Shown: positions 51,421-64,000 of the stretch, piece by piece | How positions within the stretch are numbered: the first letter of the stretch is position 1 | Layout of the letters: the number at the start of each line of letters is the position of its first letter | Source: Octopus sinensis | Taxonomy: Eukaryota | Length of the DNA: 64,000 nt | Direction of reading: 5' to 3' | Assembly (NCBI RefSeq): GCF_006345805.1 | Contig: NC_043003.1 | Span: forward strand, 116,932,001 to 116,996,000 | Notes under the pieces: model-generated | What the model was told of the DNA's origin: nothing | The model's database searches: none | Seen by the model: the letters and a program-made list of their open reading frames with translations, nothing else | Translations under genes and position numbers: made by a program

Positions 51421-52609
51421 CAACAAAGGAAATTCACCTCTACATAGAGGATGAGGTTAACTGTGCAGTCCCTTCGGAAACATTACTCCCTACATTCCGC
51501 CATGAGACATGTTTCAAGCAATGTGTTCAGAAATATCATCTTTTAAAAACTTTGGCTACAGTCCCATGGCAGAGGTGACAACAGAATACAAACACTCCCT
51601 ATTTCCGTACCTAACCAGCCCCCGAAATCACAGCCACCTTTCACTAGTAAATACATGAAGATACACATTGGATTTTAAAAATGGAAACCCAAAATAAAGT
51701 TCTCAGAATTGCGTTTTAGTTTTTCTATTTCTGTTGCATCGATTGTAGCCATCTGAAACACACATCCCGAGGAAAAGAAAGTATGAAATATTACCTGAAC
51801 CATCTTGGTAGTTTCTAATAAATGACAATTCTTGTGGCGTAGTATTCAAGAAAATAAATACGAAATACGTTAATAGAGAACCCAAAAAAAGCAGAAACAA
51901 TACAAATAGAGATATAGCGCTGCTGCAATACCAGACAATAATAATTGCTATGTAAAGATTATTCCAGGACTTTACAATTTCTTAGAGACCACATATATTT
52001 TTTCCAACATTTTTCAAATCATTTTCCATCCCAATTTTTTTTCTCATCTGTAATCACTTCAAATTATATTTTAGAAAATTTTAAAACTTGAAAACTATAC
52101 AAAAAAAATTTAACCAAACTAGAAGTAATTTTATTTTCAATGATGATGAATATATCTCAGGAAAGATACATATATATCTATACCCATATATCTACCGATG
52201 CCTTATTCTACCACTTTTTATCTCCCTCGCAGTCCCTCTCCACTCACCCCTTTTCTTTCGCTGTATATAATATATATATGTGTGTGTGTGTGTGTATATT
52301 ATATGTATATGTATATATACACGCACATATACATATATCTATATCTCTCTCTATATATATACATATTTGTGTATATGTAGATATGCATGTATGTATTTGG
52401 AAGTGTTTATTTTAATTTTTTCTTGTAATATTATATTCCATGTATCTGAGTATTGAGTATCTACATACAGATATAAATACAAATCACCATATATGTTGTT
52501 CTCATATTTTATACCCCTGTCTAACTGGCAATATCACTTACTTGCTCTCTCTCTCTTCTCACTCTCTTCCTCTTTCCTCCTCTCTCTCCCTCTCTACATG
52601 TACAGATAC

Positions 52610-52656
<47 letters not shown>

Positions 52657-52944
52657 CATACACACACATATCATGCATATATATATATACACATATACAA
52701 TACACACGTACATAGATACATAGACACACATATATATACATGCACATATACATATATATATATATATATGCTCACACACACACATACATATAGGACAGAG
52801 ACATGGTAGACAGACACACAGACAGAGAGTGATAGATAGGTAGATAGTTACATAAATAAATAAATGAATACGTATGTACACATTCAGAAATGAGCGCATA
52901 CATACATAAATGCACACATACCTATGCATTTGTGTATTTGTATG

Positions 52945-52987
<43 letters not shown>

Positions 52988-53300
52988 AGTGTATATTGAT
53001 ATTTTGAAAGTGCTTTGCAAATTGTTCAATTTTAACAATAATTACCTTATCGGAATTTCCAGTTCTATGTTGAAATCTCAACGGAGTTTCATTAGTAATT
53101 CTGCAATACTGCGTAATGTGATAGCAAAAGATTGCCAAAGGATGGTCGCAGCATTCTAAAAGAGAACGATAAATTTATTTCATTCCATATTATAGGTAAT
53201 CACAATATACGCACATCCAAACACAGATACACTTATATACATACACATACACCCCCCCCACATTCACACAAGTAGTTATACATACATTTATGTACGTATG

Positions 53301-53335
<35 letters not shown>

Positions 53336-53472
53336 TTTTCTTATAATTCAGCTATCTTATTATATTAAAGATTTCGGCACTCACTCTTACATAGTTTATC
53401 AGTGTTCGTCAAAATCACGGGGAAGTATACAACGCCATTAAGCTGAGCGTTATATTTGATGTGTGTATGTTT

Positions 53473-53769
53473 GTGTGGGGTACGTGGGTGCGTATACAAT
53501 TATACATATATGACCGTACGTGTACATAAACACACACACACACACACACCACACACACACACATGCATGTATGTATCTATGTATGTATGTAATTTATACG
53601 TGTATGCATGTATGTATGTCTGTGTGGTGTACGTGGGTGCTTATGCAATTATACACATATGATCGTGCGTGTACATAAACACACACACACACACACACAC
53701 ACATACATGCATGTATGTATCTATGTATGTATGTAATTTATACGTGTATGCATGTATGTATGTTTGTGT
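53473..53769. repeat. About 149-bp tandem duplication
   Basis: Units start GTGTGGGGTACGTGGGTGC (53473) and GTGTGGTGTACGTGGGTGC (53622) and are colinear. Confidence 0.85.
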
Positions 53770-54179
53770 ATAAGCAAGTCAGTACTTAGGTGTATGTGTG
53801 TATTTACGTGTTAACTGATTGGATTGCGAAATATTTTCTGAGATGTACGGAAACAAATAACTACAATTAGACCAGACAAATGGTTGTATTTGTATAAATC
53901 TAGATGTGGCTGTACCTGATTTCCGTCTAGTTTGAATTTCAAACAATATACACACAGAAAATATATGTGTAATTATGTAAGTGAATGTGTGTCTGTAGAA
54001 ATTAAGATCTATGCATTTATTAACTGTCTCGATCAGAGCAATTTAAACATTTACGTAATACATTTATGAACACACAAGCATATGACTTTATTTATGATAT
54101 CCGTATCTATATTTCACGTTCGATCTCTCACTTCTCTCTCCCTGTCACCTCTCTCTCTCTCGCTCACTCATTCTCTCTC

Positions 54180-54235
<56 letters not shown>

Positions 54236-55419
54236 TGTATGCTTGTATGCTTGCATGTATGCATATATGCGCATTGATATTTCGCGGAATATATTTTAAT
54301 GCTTGTCTTTTAGGTAAACTTATAACAAAACAATTTAAAATCAATTAATTGGAAGAATCAGTCGGTACTTTTCTTTGAGTAAGTGGTTATTTTCTTCGAG
54401 TGTTTATTAAACTTATACTAGAGGGGTTCGAGTGACATGTAAGTTTCAGTGTGCTAACATAATTGAGCTGTAAAGGTAAGCAGCCCATTGTTTTAAAGTC
54501 ACTCCCCACTGCTTTTTTGTATGCAGGTAAAATAATGCAAACCATTATAAAGGTATAACAAATTTTAATTATTATTATTATTATTTATTTTTTTGTTTTT
54601 GTCAGTTTCCTATCCAGAAAATTGACAAACTAATGACTTAACGATTCGTATATAAATCTGCACTAGAATACAGAGAAATAGAATAGAGGAGGAGGAGGAG
54701 GAGGAGGAGGAAGAGGAAGAGGAAGAGGAGTAGGCAGTAAAAGCAGAGAAAAAAAAACGAGAGAAAATTGCGAGGATGACCAAAATTGTCGAAGTATGGC
54801 ACTAAAACTTACATTATATTGCAATGTGAAAAGAAAAGAAAAATGCTTCCAAATAAAGAACTGGTGAATGGAGACAATATTGGTGTAGTATTTGTGTGTG
54901 TGTGTGTTTGAGGTGCATCTATTTTTTAGATGTTTGTTCCGTTAGATTTCGGGCTGTGTTAGCATTTTAGGTTGATTGTGTGTGCATACGTCATGCGTCT
55001 AGTTTAACTTTTCATAAGTAGTACTTAATATATACTTGTGTTTAGGCGCGTGTAGTTCTTTAATGTGAGCTGTGCTGAACCCATGCTACTGATTGGCTAC
55101 GATGGAGAAGAGGCGATTACCCTGACCCCTGAGGCAAATACCATTACACAATACAGTGATCCAACTTCTGAAGACGGGGTCGAAACCAAGGGCCTTTCGA
55201 GACAACCGCCATGCATTACTGATCGATTTCATCGGAAGCTTTTGATTGATCTTAATTGATCAACGCTCCACCTGTGCCACATTCATCATCCACTCTTTCT
55301 ATAATATACGGTGGGAGATGGAGTCTAGGGGAGAGATCTGATCAGTACGGCGCATGTCTGTGCCTCGCCTACCAGAGTTTCGATGGCAATGCTCCAAACT
55401 CATAGTTAACATTTATGCG

Positions 55420-55720
55420 GAAACCTTCCAATGCATTTAGAAAATTTACGGACCTGAAACTGTTAATTTTTCCCCCTTTGTCCGAATCTGCTTTCAAGTG
55501 CATCATCACAATACTTTTCGAGCATCACCACAACACTTTTCGCAGGACTTGGAATTCTGTTCTGCTGTGAGTTGCAGCAGATATTTGCTAAGAGATCCGA
55601 ACAAGTTTGAATATAAGTCTCGTTCGGCAACCCATTCAGCCCGAGCGATTTCACCATCGTGCTGCCCGCCATCGCTTCCCGCATTTCTTCAGGTGTTAAT
55701 GGCTTCACTGCACTTGATAT
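55420..55720 (-). mobile_element. Degraded L1/Tx1-clade LINE RT N-terminal fragment
   Basis: ORF 55463-55819 LTPEEMREAM...KSLGLNGLPNETY..LLANI...QQN.IP..VVVMLEK, followed by INSFRSVNFLN (cf. KSPGxDGLPxEFY, NFRPITLLN). A GPGY remnant near 56265 may extend it. Confidence 0.65.
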
Positions 55721-56514
55721 GAAATGCCAATCAAAAATATGATTTCGCACCAGTGGAGAAAAATTGAAGTCGGTGATAATTGAACCCAGCATTAAAAGCC
55801 TAGAAAATAATGAGAGCAAGAATGAACCAATACCATAGGAATTATAAGAACAGGTTTCAAAAAAAAAAAAGAAAAACAGAGAGGATTTCTATGTGTAAAC
55901 AAAATATAAACAAAAACGTAGTGGGAATTAAGTTTTAAAGAAGGAAAGTCCACAACTTATATGTGGAAATCCCTCAGGTCAACACTTGGCTATCACACCA
56001 ACTCACAATGAAATCAAGTTCTTTCACTTGGTCTTGGTCGCCAGTCTTGTCTTAAGTTCTCTCCCCTCCTTCAATTTCCTCACCATCTGAAAACAAAAAT
56101 CGATGACGGCTTGGTCCAACAGGAAAGTGTCTGTCTTCACTCCATTCAACCTTGTCAACCACATATCCTTCTCTGTCGTTGTCACGAGAAAGAAAACTAC
56201 TGTATGTTTTTTTTTTTCTTATAAAGGTAGTGGAGGGGCAATCTCCAAAATGAACTTTGCTGATATCCAGGCCCGTCCCATAAGCGCAAGAGTGAACTGA
56301 ATTTCCGTCGACGTCTAGTGAGCGTGTGAACGCTGCTGTTAGTAAATTCTTCACTTTCTCATGGCCACCACATTTTTAGTGTACTGAAGTCATTGAACAG
56401 GAGATGCTCTGCTTCCAAAACGTTCCCAGGCCACATTCATTCAAGATACTTATTCTAAGTAAAGCAATGTTTGATATGAAGGAGGATAGTCAGAAGGACC
56501 ACTTATATTATCCA

Positions 56515-56877
56515 CTAGCAGTGTCACCTGGCGTTGCTCGGGTTTGTAAGGGAAATAACTATATAAGCATTTTTAGAGATGTAAAGTATAATAGCCATCT
56601 CAATATGGCTAACCACAAAGATTTAATAATAAATTTTTAGAGAGTTACTTCCCTTATATATGCCAAAAATGCATTAAAAATGTGAAAAATTGATGGTAAT
56701 TTTTTTTTTAAATCGTAGACTCATCGTAGATGCGCACTAATACCCAGAAGGGTTCGATATGAATCACGACTATAAGATACCCGGTTTTGGTTAAACTGCA
56801 CCGCAAAATGTGGGAGTAGTTAGGAATCTAAATCATAGGAGATAGACAGCACACAACCTCACTTTTATATATAAAGA
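56515..56877 (-). mobile_element. Non-autonomous Helitron
   Basis: Minus strand 5' TC (56877-56876) after host A; subterminal hairpin CCCGAGCAACGCCAGG; 3' CTAG (56518-56515) before host T; no TSD. Confidence 0.82.
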
Positions 56878-57228
56878 TATGGAAGGTTAAACGAAATGAC
56901 AGAAAAAAGGATCATTGTTAATAACCTGATGCTATAACATCCATTGAATACAAAAAGACTTCCCATGATAAGTTTGCGTAAGGAAATTTATCTTTATAAT
57001 AATTTACAATATATAATTATTGTGTAAGGTGGTTTATGAAGAATATTTTTACTTACATTATGTGCCGAACATTTAACTATACAAACATACCATTTGATTA
57101 TAAGTGAAACTGGAAATTCAATTTAGATATACATTTTGGTGTTTGGTAGAAACGATCTGATATGAAAAACGGGCGGGAACACATATGGACGGTTGATATG
57201 ATTATAATGTTGATCAGATTAATATATT

Positions 57229-57441
57229 TTTTCTACTCCAGGTACAAGGCCCGAAACTTTGGGGGAGTGGGGGCCAGGTGACTAGACCGATCTCAGTACG
57301 CAACTGGTACTAAATTTATCGACCCCGAATAGATGAAAGGCAGAGTCGACCTCAGCGGAATTTGAACTCACAACGTAACGGCAAACGAAATACTGCTAAA
57401 CATTTCGCCCGGTGTGCTGACGTTTCTGCCAGTTGGCCACC
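57229..57441 (-). mobile_element. SINE family A (tail type 2) with 19-bp TSD
   Basis: TSD TTGATCAGATTAATATATT at 57210-57228 and 57442-57460. Confidence 0.92.
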
Positions 57442-57882
57442 TTGATCAGATTAATATATTAAAATGGCATTGAATGTAGTTACAGGGTAGAGGATTTGTG
57501 AACCACGAGAATTTCGCAAAAGAGATAAATTAATGTCTAAGGTCACGTTGGGGCATGTATATAAATATATATATATTTAGAAAAAAAAACATCCTTTTAT
57601 CAATTCAAAATGAACAATTAAATTACACCATCTAGAAAATTACATATAATAGAAATATTAAAATTAAAATAACAATAAAATATCAATGATTAAGTAAATT
57701 GCAAAAAAAAAAAGAAGAACGTATATAATTGGTAATAATAATTATTACATATATATATATTTATATATATATATATATTTATATATATATTTATATATAT
57801 ATATGTATATTTATATATATTTATATATATACATATATATATGTATGTATGTATGCATGTATGTATGTATGTATGTATATAT

Positions 57883-57946
57883 AGGCACAAGTGTGGCTGT
57901 GTGTTGAGAAGTTTGCTTCCCAATCACGTGTTTTCTGGTTCAGTTC
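57883..57946 (+). mobile_element. Isolated tRNA-like head of SINE family B
   Basis: AGGCACAAGTGTGGCTGTGTGTTGAGAAGTTTGCTTCCCAATCACGTG..GGTTCAGTTCC. Confidence 0.65.
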
Positions 57947-58230
57947 CTTCTTCTTCCTCTTCCTCTTCCTCTTCCTCTTCCTCTCCGCCACCCCTTCCTT
58001 ATTCTACTGCTGTTTAGAATAACACGCAAATATTAAAATATCCTAACATTACCATACCACTCCCGCATTTTTTATTCTTCTCCCTCTTCTTCTTCTTCTT
58101 CTTCTTCTTCTTCTTCTTCTTCTTCTTCTTCTTCTTCTTCTCTTCTTCTTCTCCTTCTTCTTCTTCTTCTTCTTCCTCCTTCTTCTTCTTCTTCTACTTT
58201 TCTTCTACTACTACTACAACTACAACTTCT
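57945..58230. repeat. (TTC)n/(CTCTTC)n polypyrimidine tracts
   Basis: Directly visible. Confidence 0.9.
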
Positions 58231-58531
58231 TATTCCTCTACATCTACATCTCTGCCAATAATTCACAACGACCTCAAACCGACAGGAGTAAAGAAGAGAG
58301 ACAGAGACAGGCAGAAACAAGGAAAGTACCTCTTGTATTTGAATACTATACAAATTCACTTCTAAAAAACTTTTCTTTTCATTTTTCCCAGATTTAATTT
58401 TTACAAAAATAAATTGTTTTCCATATTAGAGTTGAAAAAGTTTCAGTGACTGAAACCGGTACTAAAATGTGTTTCATGATAAAATTATTTTAGTATTTTC
58501 TACCTTGAATTTTTTCCTTATATATATATAT

Positions 58532-58742
58532 AAGTTTGAGGAACAAAGAAGAGAAGCACTTAAAGACAAGAGACGCAGGAGGAAGGCGCGAGCCGCCGCT
58601 AACACCACACCGGATGTTACCTTCGTCTGTGGACACTGCTCACGGACCTGCCTTTCCCATATCGGACTTGTCAATCATGAGCGTGCATGCACGCGACGTG
58701 GACAGCTTTCCTGATCTTCGTTCGCGAAGCTGAGCCATGAAG
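58532..58742 (+). mobile_element. 3' end of RTE-clade LINE (C-terminal zinc-finger-like motif) in (TA)n
   Basis: FEEQRREALKDKRRRRK..FVCGHCSRTCLSHIGLVNHERAC, typical of RTE ORF C-termini; short 3' UTR; TA repeats on both sides. Confidence 0.75.
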
Positions 58743-58992
58743 ATATATATATATAGTGACGTATATTTGCCATTTGAATATGGCTAACCCCTAAGGGTGG
58801 ATGCTACTGTAGTTTGTAGCCCCAGGAAGACACCTCCTCCAGCTGGCTATAGACACACTTTCTGTGCCCTATCAGTATTTGTGAAGGGAAGTCATCCTTC
58901 CAGTCTTCAACTTATGATACACATATATATGTGTATATATATATATATGTGTGTATATATAAATATATATATACCTGTACACCCTGTACATC

Positions 58993-61308
58993 AACACCCT
59001 GTACATGGAGCAGGTAATACTCCAACCAACCAGGGCAGGTAACACACTGGATCTCTGCTTCACAAATGACATGGATCTCATCCATAATGTGAAAGTGACA
59101 CCGACACTACTCTCGGATCACAACATGATAGAGCTGACCATGTACGGGCCAAAAGAGAGCACGGACATGCAGCCTACAAGAAACCCTCAAAATCTTTCCA
59201 GCTTGAACTACCATAAGGCAAACTGGAAACAAATTGAGAAAGAGATCCTCAAACAAAATTGGCCTAAATTTTCAAATCTCCTAAACAAACAGATTGAAAG
59301 CAGTGAAAAGTCCCGCCTAAAAATAAAACTGTTGGAAATCGAAAAATGTCTGCAACTCTCCCATGAAAAAGAAAGAGCAGACAAAGAAGCCTGGGCTATA
59401 GAAAACATAAAATCTAACCCCAGAGCTTTCTACAGGTATGCCAAAGAAACAGCTACAGTGCACTGTAGAATAGGGCCACTCCTCGAAAAGGATGGCACCT
59501 TACAGGAAAACCAATGAGGGTAAGTGAAATACTGAATGAGCATTCAAGAGTGTTTCACTACTCCACCCCTTGGGCATCTCCAAATCACCAATCCAACTGA
59601 CTTTTTTACCACTGCAGATATAAAATCAGAGGCGGCGACGATAGATTACATCGATATAAAGGAAGACGATGTAACCAAGGCTATAGATGAAATGAAAACA
59701 GACTCAGTTACTGGCCCCGATGGATTCCCGCAATCCTCCTAAAAGCATGTAAGAGAGTCCTAGCAAGACCACTGCAGTTCCTCTTTCAGAGCTTCCTGCA
59801 GCTGGCAAACTTCCAGGAAAACTGAAGGAAGGTAAAATATGCCCCATTCATAAAGGAGGTAGCAGAGCGGAAGCCAAGACTATAGACCTATCTCTCTGAC
59901 CTCACACATCAGCAAGGTCATGAACGAATAGTCAGAAGGAAGCTGATCACCTTCCTTGAAGAGAATGACTTGCTGCCCGACACCCAACATGGTTTCCGAC
60001 CAGGGAGAAGCTGTTAACTCAGCTCCTACAACACTATGACTGGGTGCTGAAACGGCTGCTCACACCACTCAAATGTGGAAGTGATATATCTCGACTTTGC
60101 AAAGGCCTTTGATAAAGTCGATCATGGAATGATATGTCACAAACTGCGTGATCTCAACATAGTTGGAAAACTGGGAGAATGGCTTCATGACTTTCTGAAG
60201 GATAGAAGTCAGGTGGTAGTAGCCAATGGGGCCACCTCCATTAACACACAAATAGTGAGCGGTGTTCCGCAGTGGCACTGTTCTGGGACCACTACTGTTC
60301 ATAATGGCCCTCTCAGACATGCCCTCAGCCACGCAGAGAGCCACGATCACAAGTTATGCAGATGATACAAAAGTTTCACAGGCAATACAGAACCCTGAGG
60401 ACACTAAACACCTGCAATGTGAGCTGGACGAATTATACAAGTGGGCTGAAAAGAATAGCATGCAGTTCAATCTGGAAAGTTTCAAGCTTTATACTATCAG
60501 CATGCAAAACTGAATGCAATACCCAATGAATACACTGGACCCGGAGGGATTGCAATCCCAGAGGCACAATCAGTGCGTGACCTGGTATTCACATGAGTGA
60601 TGACGCGACCTTTCATGTACATGTTGCTAACTGACAATGAAATGTAGACGGCTGGCTGGATGGATTCTTAGAACCTTTGAACAAGAGAACAAGAAACCAT
60701 GAGGTCCTCTGGAAGACACTTGTCCTAAGCCACTTTGACTATTGCTCTCAGCTATGGTCACCATCCAGTGTCAAGTTGATCACAGAACTTGAGGCGATCC
60801 AACGAAGCTACACGAAGAAGATAGCCTCTATGCAGAATGTAAGCTACTGGGAAAGACTCAAGAGATTAAAATTATATTCCCTGGAGCGTAGGCGGGAAAG
60901 ATATGCCATAATATACATCTGGAAGATCCTGGAGGGAAGTGTCCTGAACTTTGGCATCGAGAGTTACGCAAATGCCAGAACTGGGCGCCACTGCGTGGTA
61001 GATTCTGTGATAGCCTGGGCTTCCGAGGCCCACAGCTCTTCAATATCCTCCCGAAGAACCTGAGAGACCTGCATGGGGTGGATACAGATTCTTTAAAATG
61101 AAGCTGGATCTCTTCCTGTCAGGTGTCCCAGATGAACCAACTTCACGGCAGGAGGGGCAGATGAGGGCAGCTGCATCGAACTCTCTCATGCACCAAATAG
61201 CAGTTGCTAGAAAGCCTCCATGAAGTGAAACCAAGTAGCAACACCAAATGGCGGTGCCCCAGCATGGCCACAGCTCATAAGCTGAAACTAGAATCAATCA
61301 ATCAATCA
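58993..61308 (+). mobile_element. 5'-truncated CR1/L2-group LINE (APE C-terminus + RT), frameshifted, with (ATCA)n tail
   Basis: PTRAGNTLDLCFTN, SDHNMI, NYHKANW, NPRAFYRY, GPDGFP, YRPISLTS, QHGFR, YLDFAKAFDKVDH, SGVPQ, LGPLLF, YADDTK, YSLERRRER; tail ...GCTGAAACTAGAATCAATCAATCAATC. Confidence 0.93.
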
Positions 61309-61353
61309 TATATGTGTATATATATATATATATAAATATATATGTATATATAT

Positions 61354-61418
<65 letters not shown>

Positions 61419-61431
61419 ATATATAGATATA

Positions 61432-61464
<33 letters not shown>

Positions 61465-61466
<2 letters not shown>

Positions 61467-61682
61467 CCGGAGTAAACACATAAATGTGAAACAAGGTGGA
61501 AAAAAGGTACTCAAATACCAGTGGTAGAGTAATATGCTTTATTTTAAGCAGCAGAAAATTCAACAAAATCTGTTCTCTGAGTTTCTCGTTGCCGTTCATC
61601 AGATCTAGCAAAAACTGTCTGATGAACGGCAACGAGAAACTCAGAGTAACAGATTTTGTTGAATTTTCTGCTGCTTAATAAA

Positions 61683-61688
<6 letters not shown>
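61465..61688. mobile_element. PLE-type terminal repeat as a head-to-head palindrome with a hammerhead in each arm, inside (TA)n
   Basis: Arms ~61533-61603 and 61618-61688 are near-perfect reverse complements with a 14-nt spacer. Plus-strand hammerhead: CTGT CTGATGA ACG-GCAA-CGA GAAAC TCAGA GTA ACAG (61615-61652). Confidence 0.75.
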
Positions 61689-61734
<46 letters not shown>

Positions 61735-62308
61735 AGCACGAATAGCTACATTTTTTGTAAAACTCTGTATTTCATATTTTCATAGTTGATCAACGTGTAG
61801 CGGTTATTTCTACTGAAAGCTGTCCATTTAATGTCACTACCAATGAGTTTTATATACACAAATACATGCACAAACACACACATGTATACGTATATATATA
61901 CCTATATGTGTGTGTGTTTATATTTATACATATATATATATATATATATACATACATACATACATATATATATGTGCATCTACATAAATACGAGAGAGAA
62001 TCCACTATCTGGACGCCCTTACTATATATATATATAATTAGTTTCAAATATATCCAGCTTACTCATTTCTCGAACAATTTTTGCTCTCCACCCTTTCTGA
62101 TGTTGATATATTAATATACAGATTGTCACGTGTCCAAAAACATAAACTGTGCAATATAAACACAGACATGGCATTCGGTTTGTCTAAACCATATTCCATT
62201 CCATTATCTGTGAATTAAGTGTTGTAAATTAAATTTATTCCCATACCTTCTACATAGCTGCTTCTCTCCTTCTGTCCACATATCTCTTTATGAATAGACA
62301 TAATTTCA

Positions 62309-62351
<43 letters not shown>

Positions 62352-62856
62352 TTGTGTATGTGTGTGTGCGTGTGTTTGTGTGCGTGTGTGTGTGTGTATG
62401 TGTGTCCGTGTGTGTGTGAGTGTGTGTGCTTGTGTATACATACATATAAATATATATATGCATATATATATATATATACATATATATATATGTGTATATA
62501 TTATATTCTATATCTAATATATATGATATATATATATTATCTATATATATATTATATACATATATACAATTCATCCTCTTCAAAATTTCCACTTTATATA
62601 TTAGAGTATATGTGAATAGGTTTTGTATATATTATGTATGCATGTACATATGTAGATAGATAGAGATAGATATAAATAAATAGATAGACAGACAGACAGA
62701 CATATATTTATATATATTCTAGTTAGCATATGTCATATATATATTATATATATATGTACATATATCTGTATACATATATATACATATATATATATATATA
62801 TTATATATATAATAATAATTATATATATATATAATATATATATATAGACATATGTA

Positions 62857-62916
<60 letters not shown>

Positions 62917-63543
62917 TTACTAAAGCTTTTATTTTCATATTCTTATTCATTGAGAATAAAGAATCGTTTGTACTGACATATATTAGGTTTCCAGTCGTTT
63001 CTAATTTCCGTGCCAAATTGTTTTTGTGTGGTGTGAATTTCCTTCGAAAACTGATTTATTCACAAAAGAACAAATATACAAGGAATAATATTACTACATG
63101 CTTGTACTCACCTCAACTTACAGAGTTTAATTGCTATGATAAATAAAGAAAGAATTTATCTTCAATATGTTGCTTGTTATATGTGCAATTAACCATATGA
63201 TGGTATTCATACATATTCGACTTCAAACATTGTTTTAAAGTTCACTGTTACATGGAAAATTTATACGCAAAAATAATTTCATTTTCAACCATTTAGTAAT
63301 TTTTATCACTTCTCTCTCTCCACCTGCATCTCTATGCATATACATATGTATATGTATGTAAGTGTGTGTATAAATATATATGTATGCATACATACATAAA
63401 TACATATATATATATATATGTGTGGTGTCTGTTTGTATGTATCTATATGCATATACACATATATATATGTGTGTGTCTGTTTGTATGTATCTATATGCAT
63501 ATACACACACACATATATATAGCCTTGGAGATGGAATACAATA

Positions 63544-63602
<59 letters not shown>

Positions 63603-64000
63603 CATACATATATATATATATATATTATATTATATATATATATATATATAATATATATATTATATATATATTTTCATATATATATATATGATATATGATA
63701 TATATGCATTAATGAGTATGTGCCCAAATTGTGGTAATAGTTACAGGTAGAAAATAGTTTATCTTTATTTATGTATAGCAAGTTCAAGCCCAAATACTGC
63801 AAGAAGTATGCACACACATACGCATTCATACATACACATGCAAATATATATATGTATATATGTATATAAATTTAAAATAATAAGGGCAAAATTTGGAATA
63901 TTAATTTGATTAATATCAATTTAAAACCAGTGGCGTAGCATATTGAAAAATCTGAAGATTCACAAAAATTATATTACATAAACAACTTGTAAATTAGGGC

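Noticed and set aside
55168-55190. Hammerhead-like CTGAAGA..GAAAC
   Set aside because: No stem II pairing and no NUH or stem I downstream.
58469-58714. Host C2H2 zinc-finger gene exon
   Set aside because: The basic tract plus CxxC..IGLxxH motif, short 3' UTR and TA flanks fit an RTE LINE C-terminus better.
1-64000. CRISPR array or prokaryotic operon
   Set aside because: No regularly spaced repeat-spacer arrays and no gene-dense ORFs; the content is metazoan.

Overview
AT-rich, microsatellite-saturated animal genomic DNA with one 100-N scaffold gap (40318-40417). It is most likely a coleoid cephalopod (octopus-like); this is inferred from the tRNA-SINE families and the extreme (TA)n/(TACA)n/(AAT)n/(CAT)n density. 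No intact host protein-coding gene is evident, and most listed ORFs are microsatellite read-throughs. The non-simple sequence is mostly decayed mobile elements: three tRNA-derived SINE families (here A, B, C), several restriction-like-endonuclease (R4/Dong-type) LINEs sitting in (AAT)n or (TACA)n tracts, CR1/L2-group, RTE and L1/Tx1 fragments, a non-autonomous Helitron and a TIR element carrying (TTAGGG)4. The most notable signal is a set of Penelope-like retroelement (PLE) ends carrying minimal hammerhead ribozymes. In one family the GIY-YIG ORF stop is followed within about 10 nt by a tRNA-like Pol III promoter, an (AAT)n spacer and a hammerhead; one copy is an inverted-plus-direct insertion bounded by a 12-bp TSD. 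The window also holds a local inverted duplication that preserves empty and filled versions of a Dong-type insertion site, and a SINE/LINE pair sharing a 3' tail. All alignments and folds were done by eye, so boundaries are approximate.
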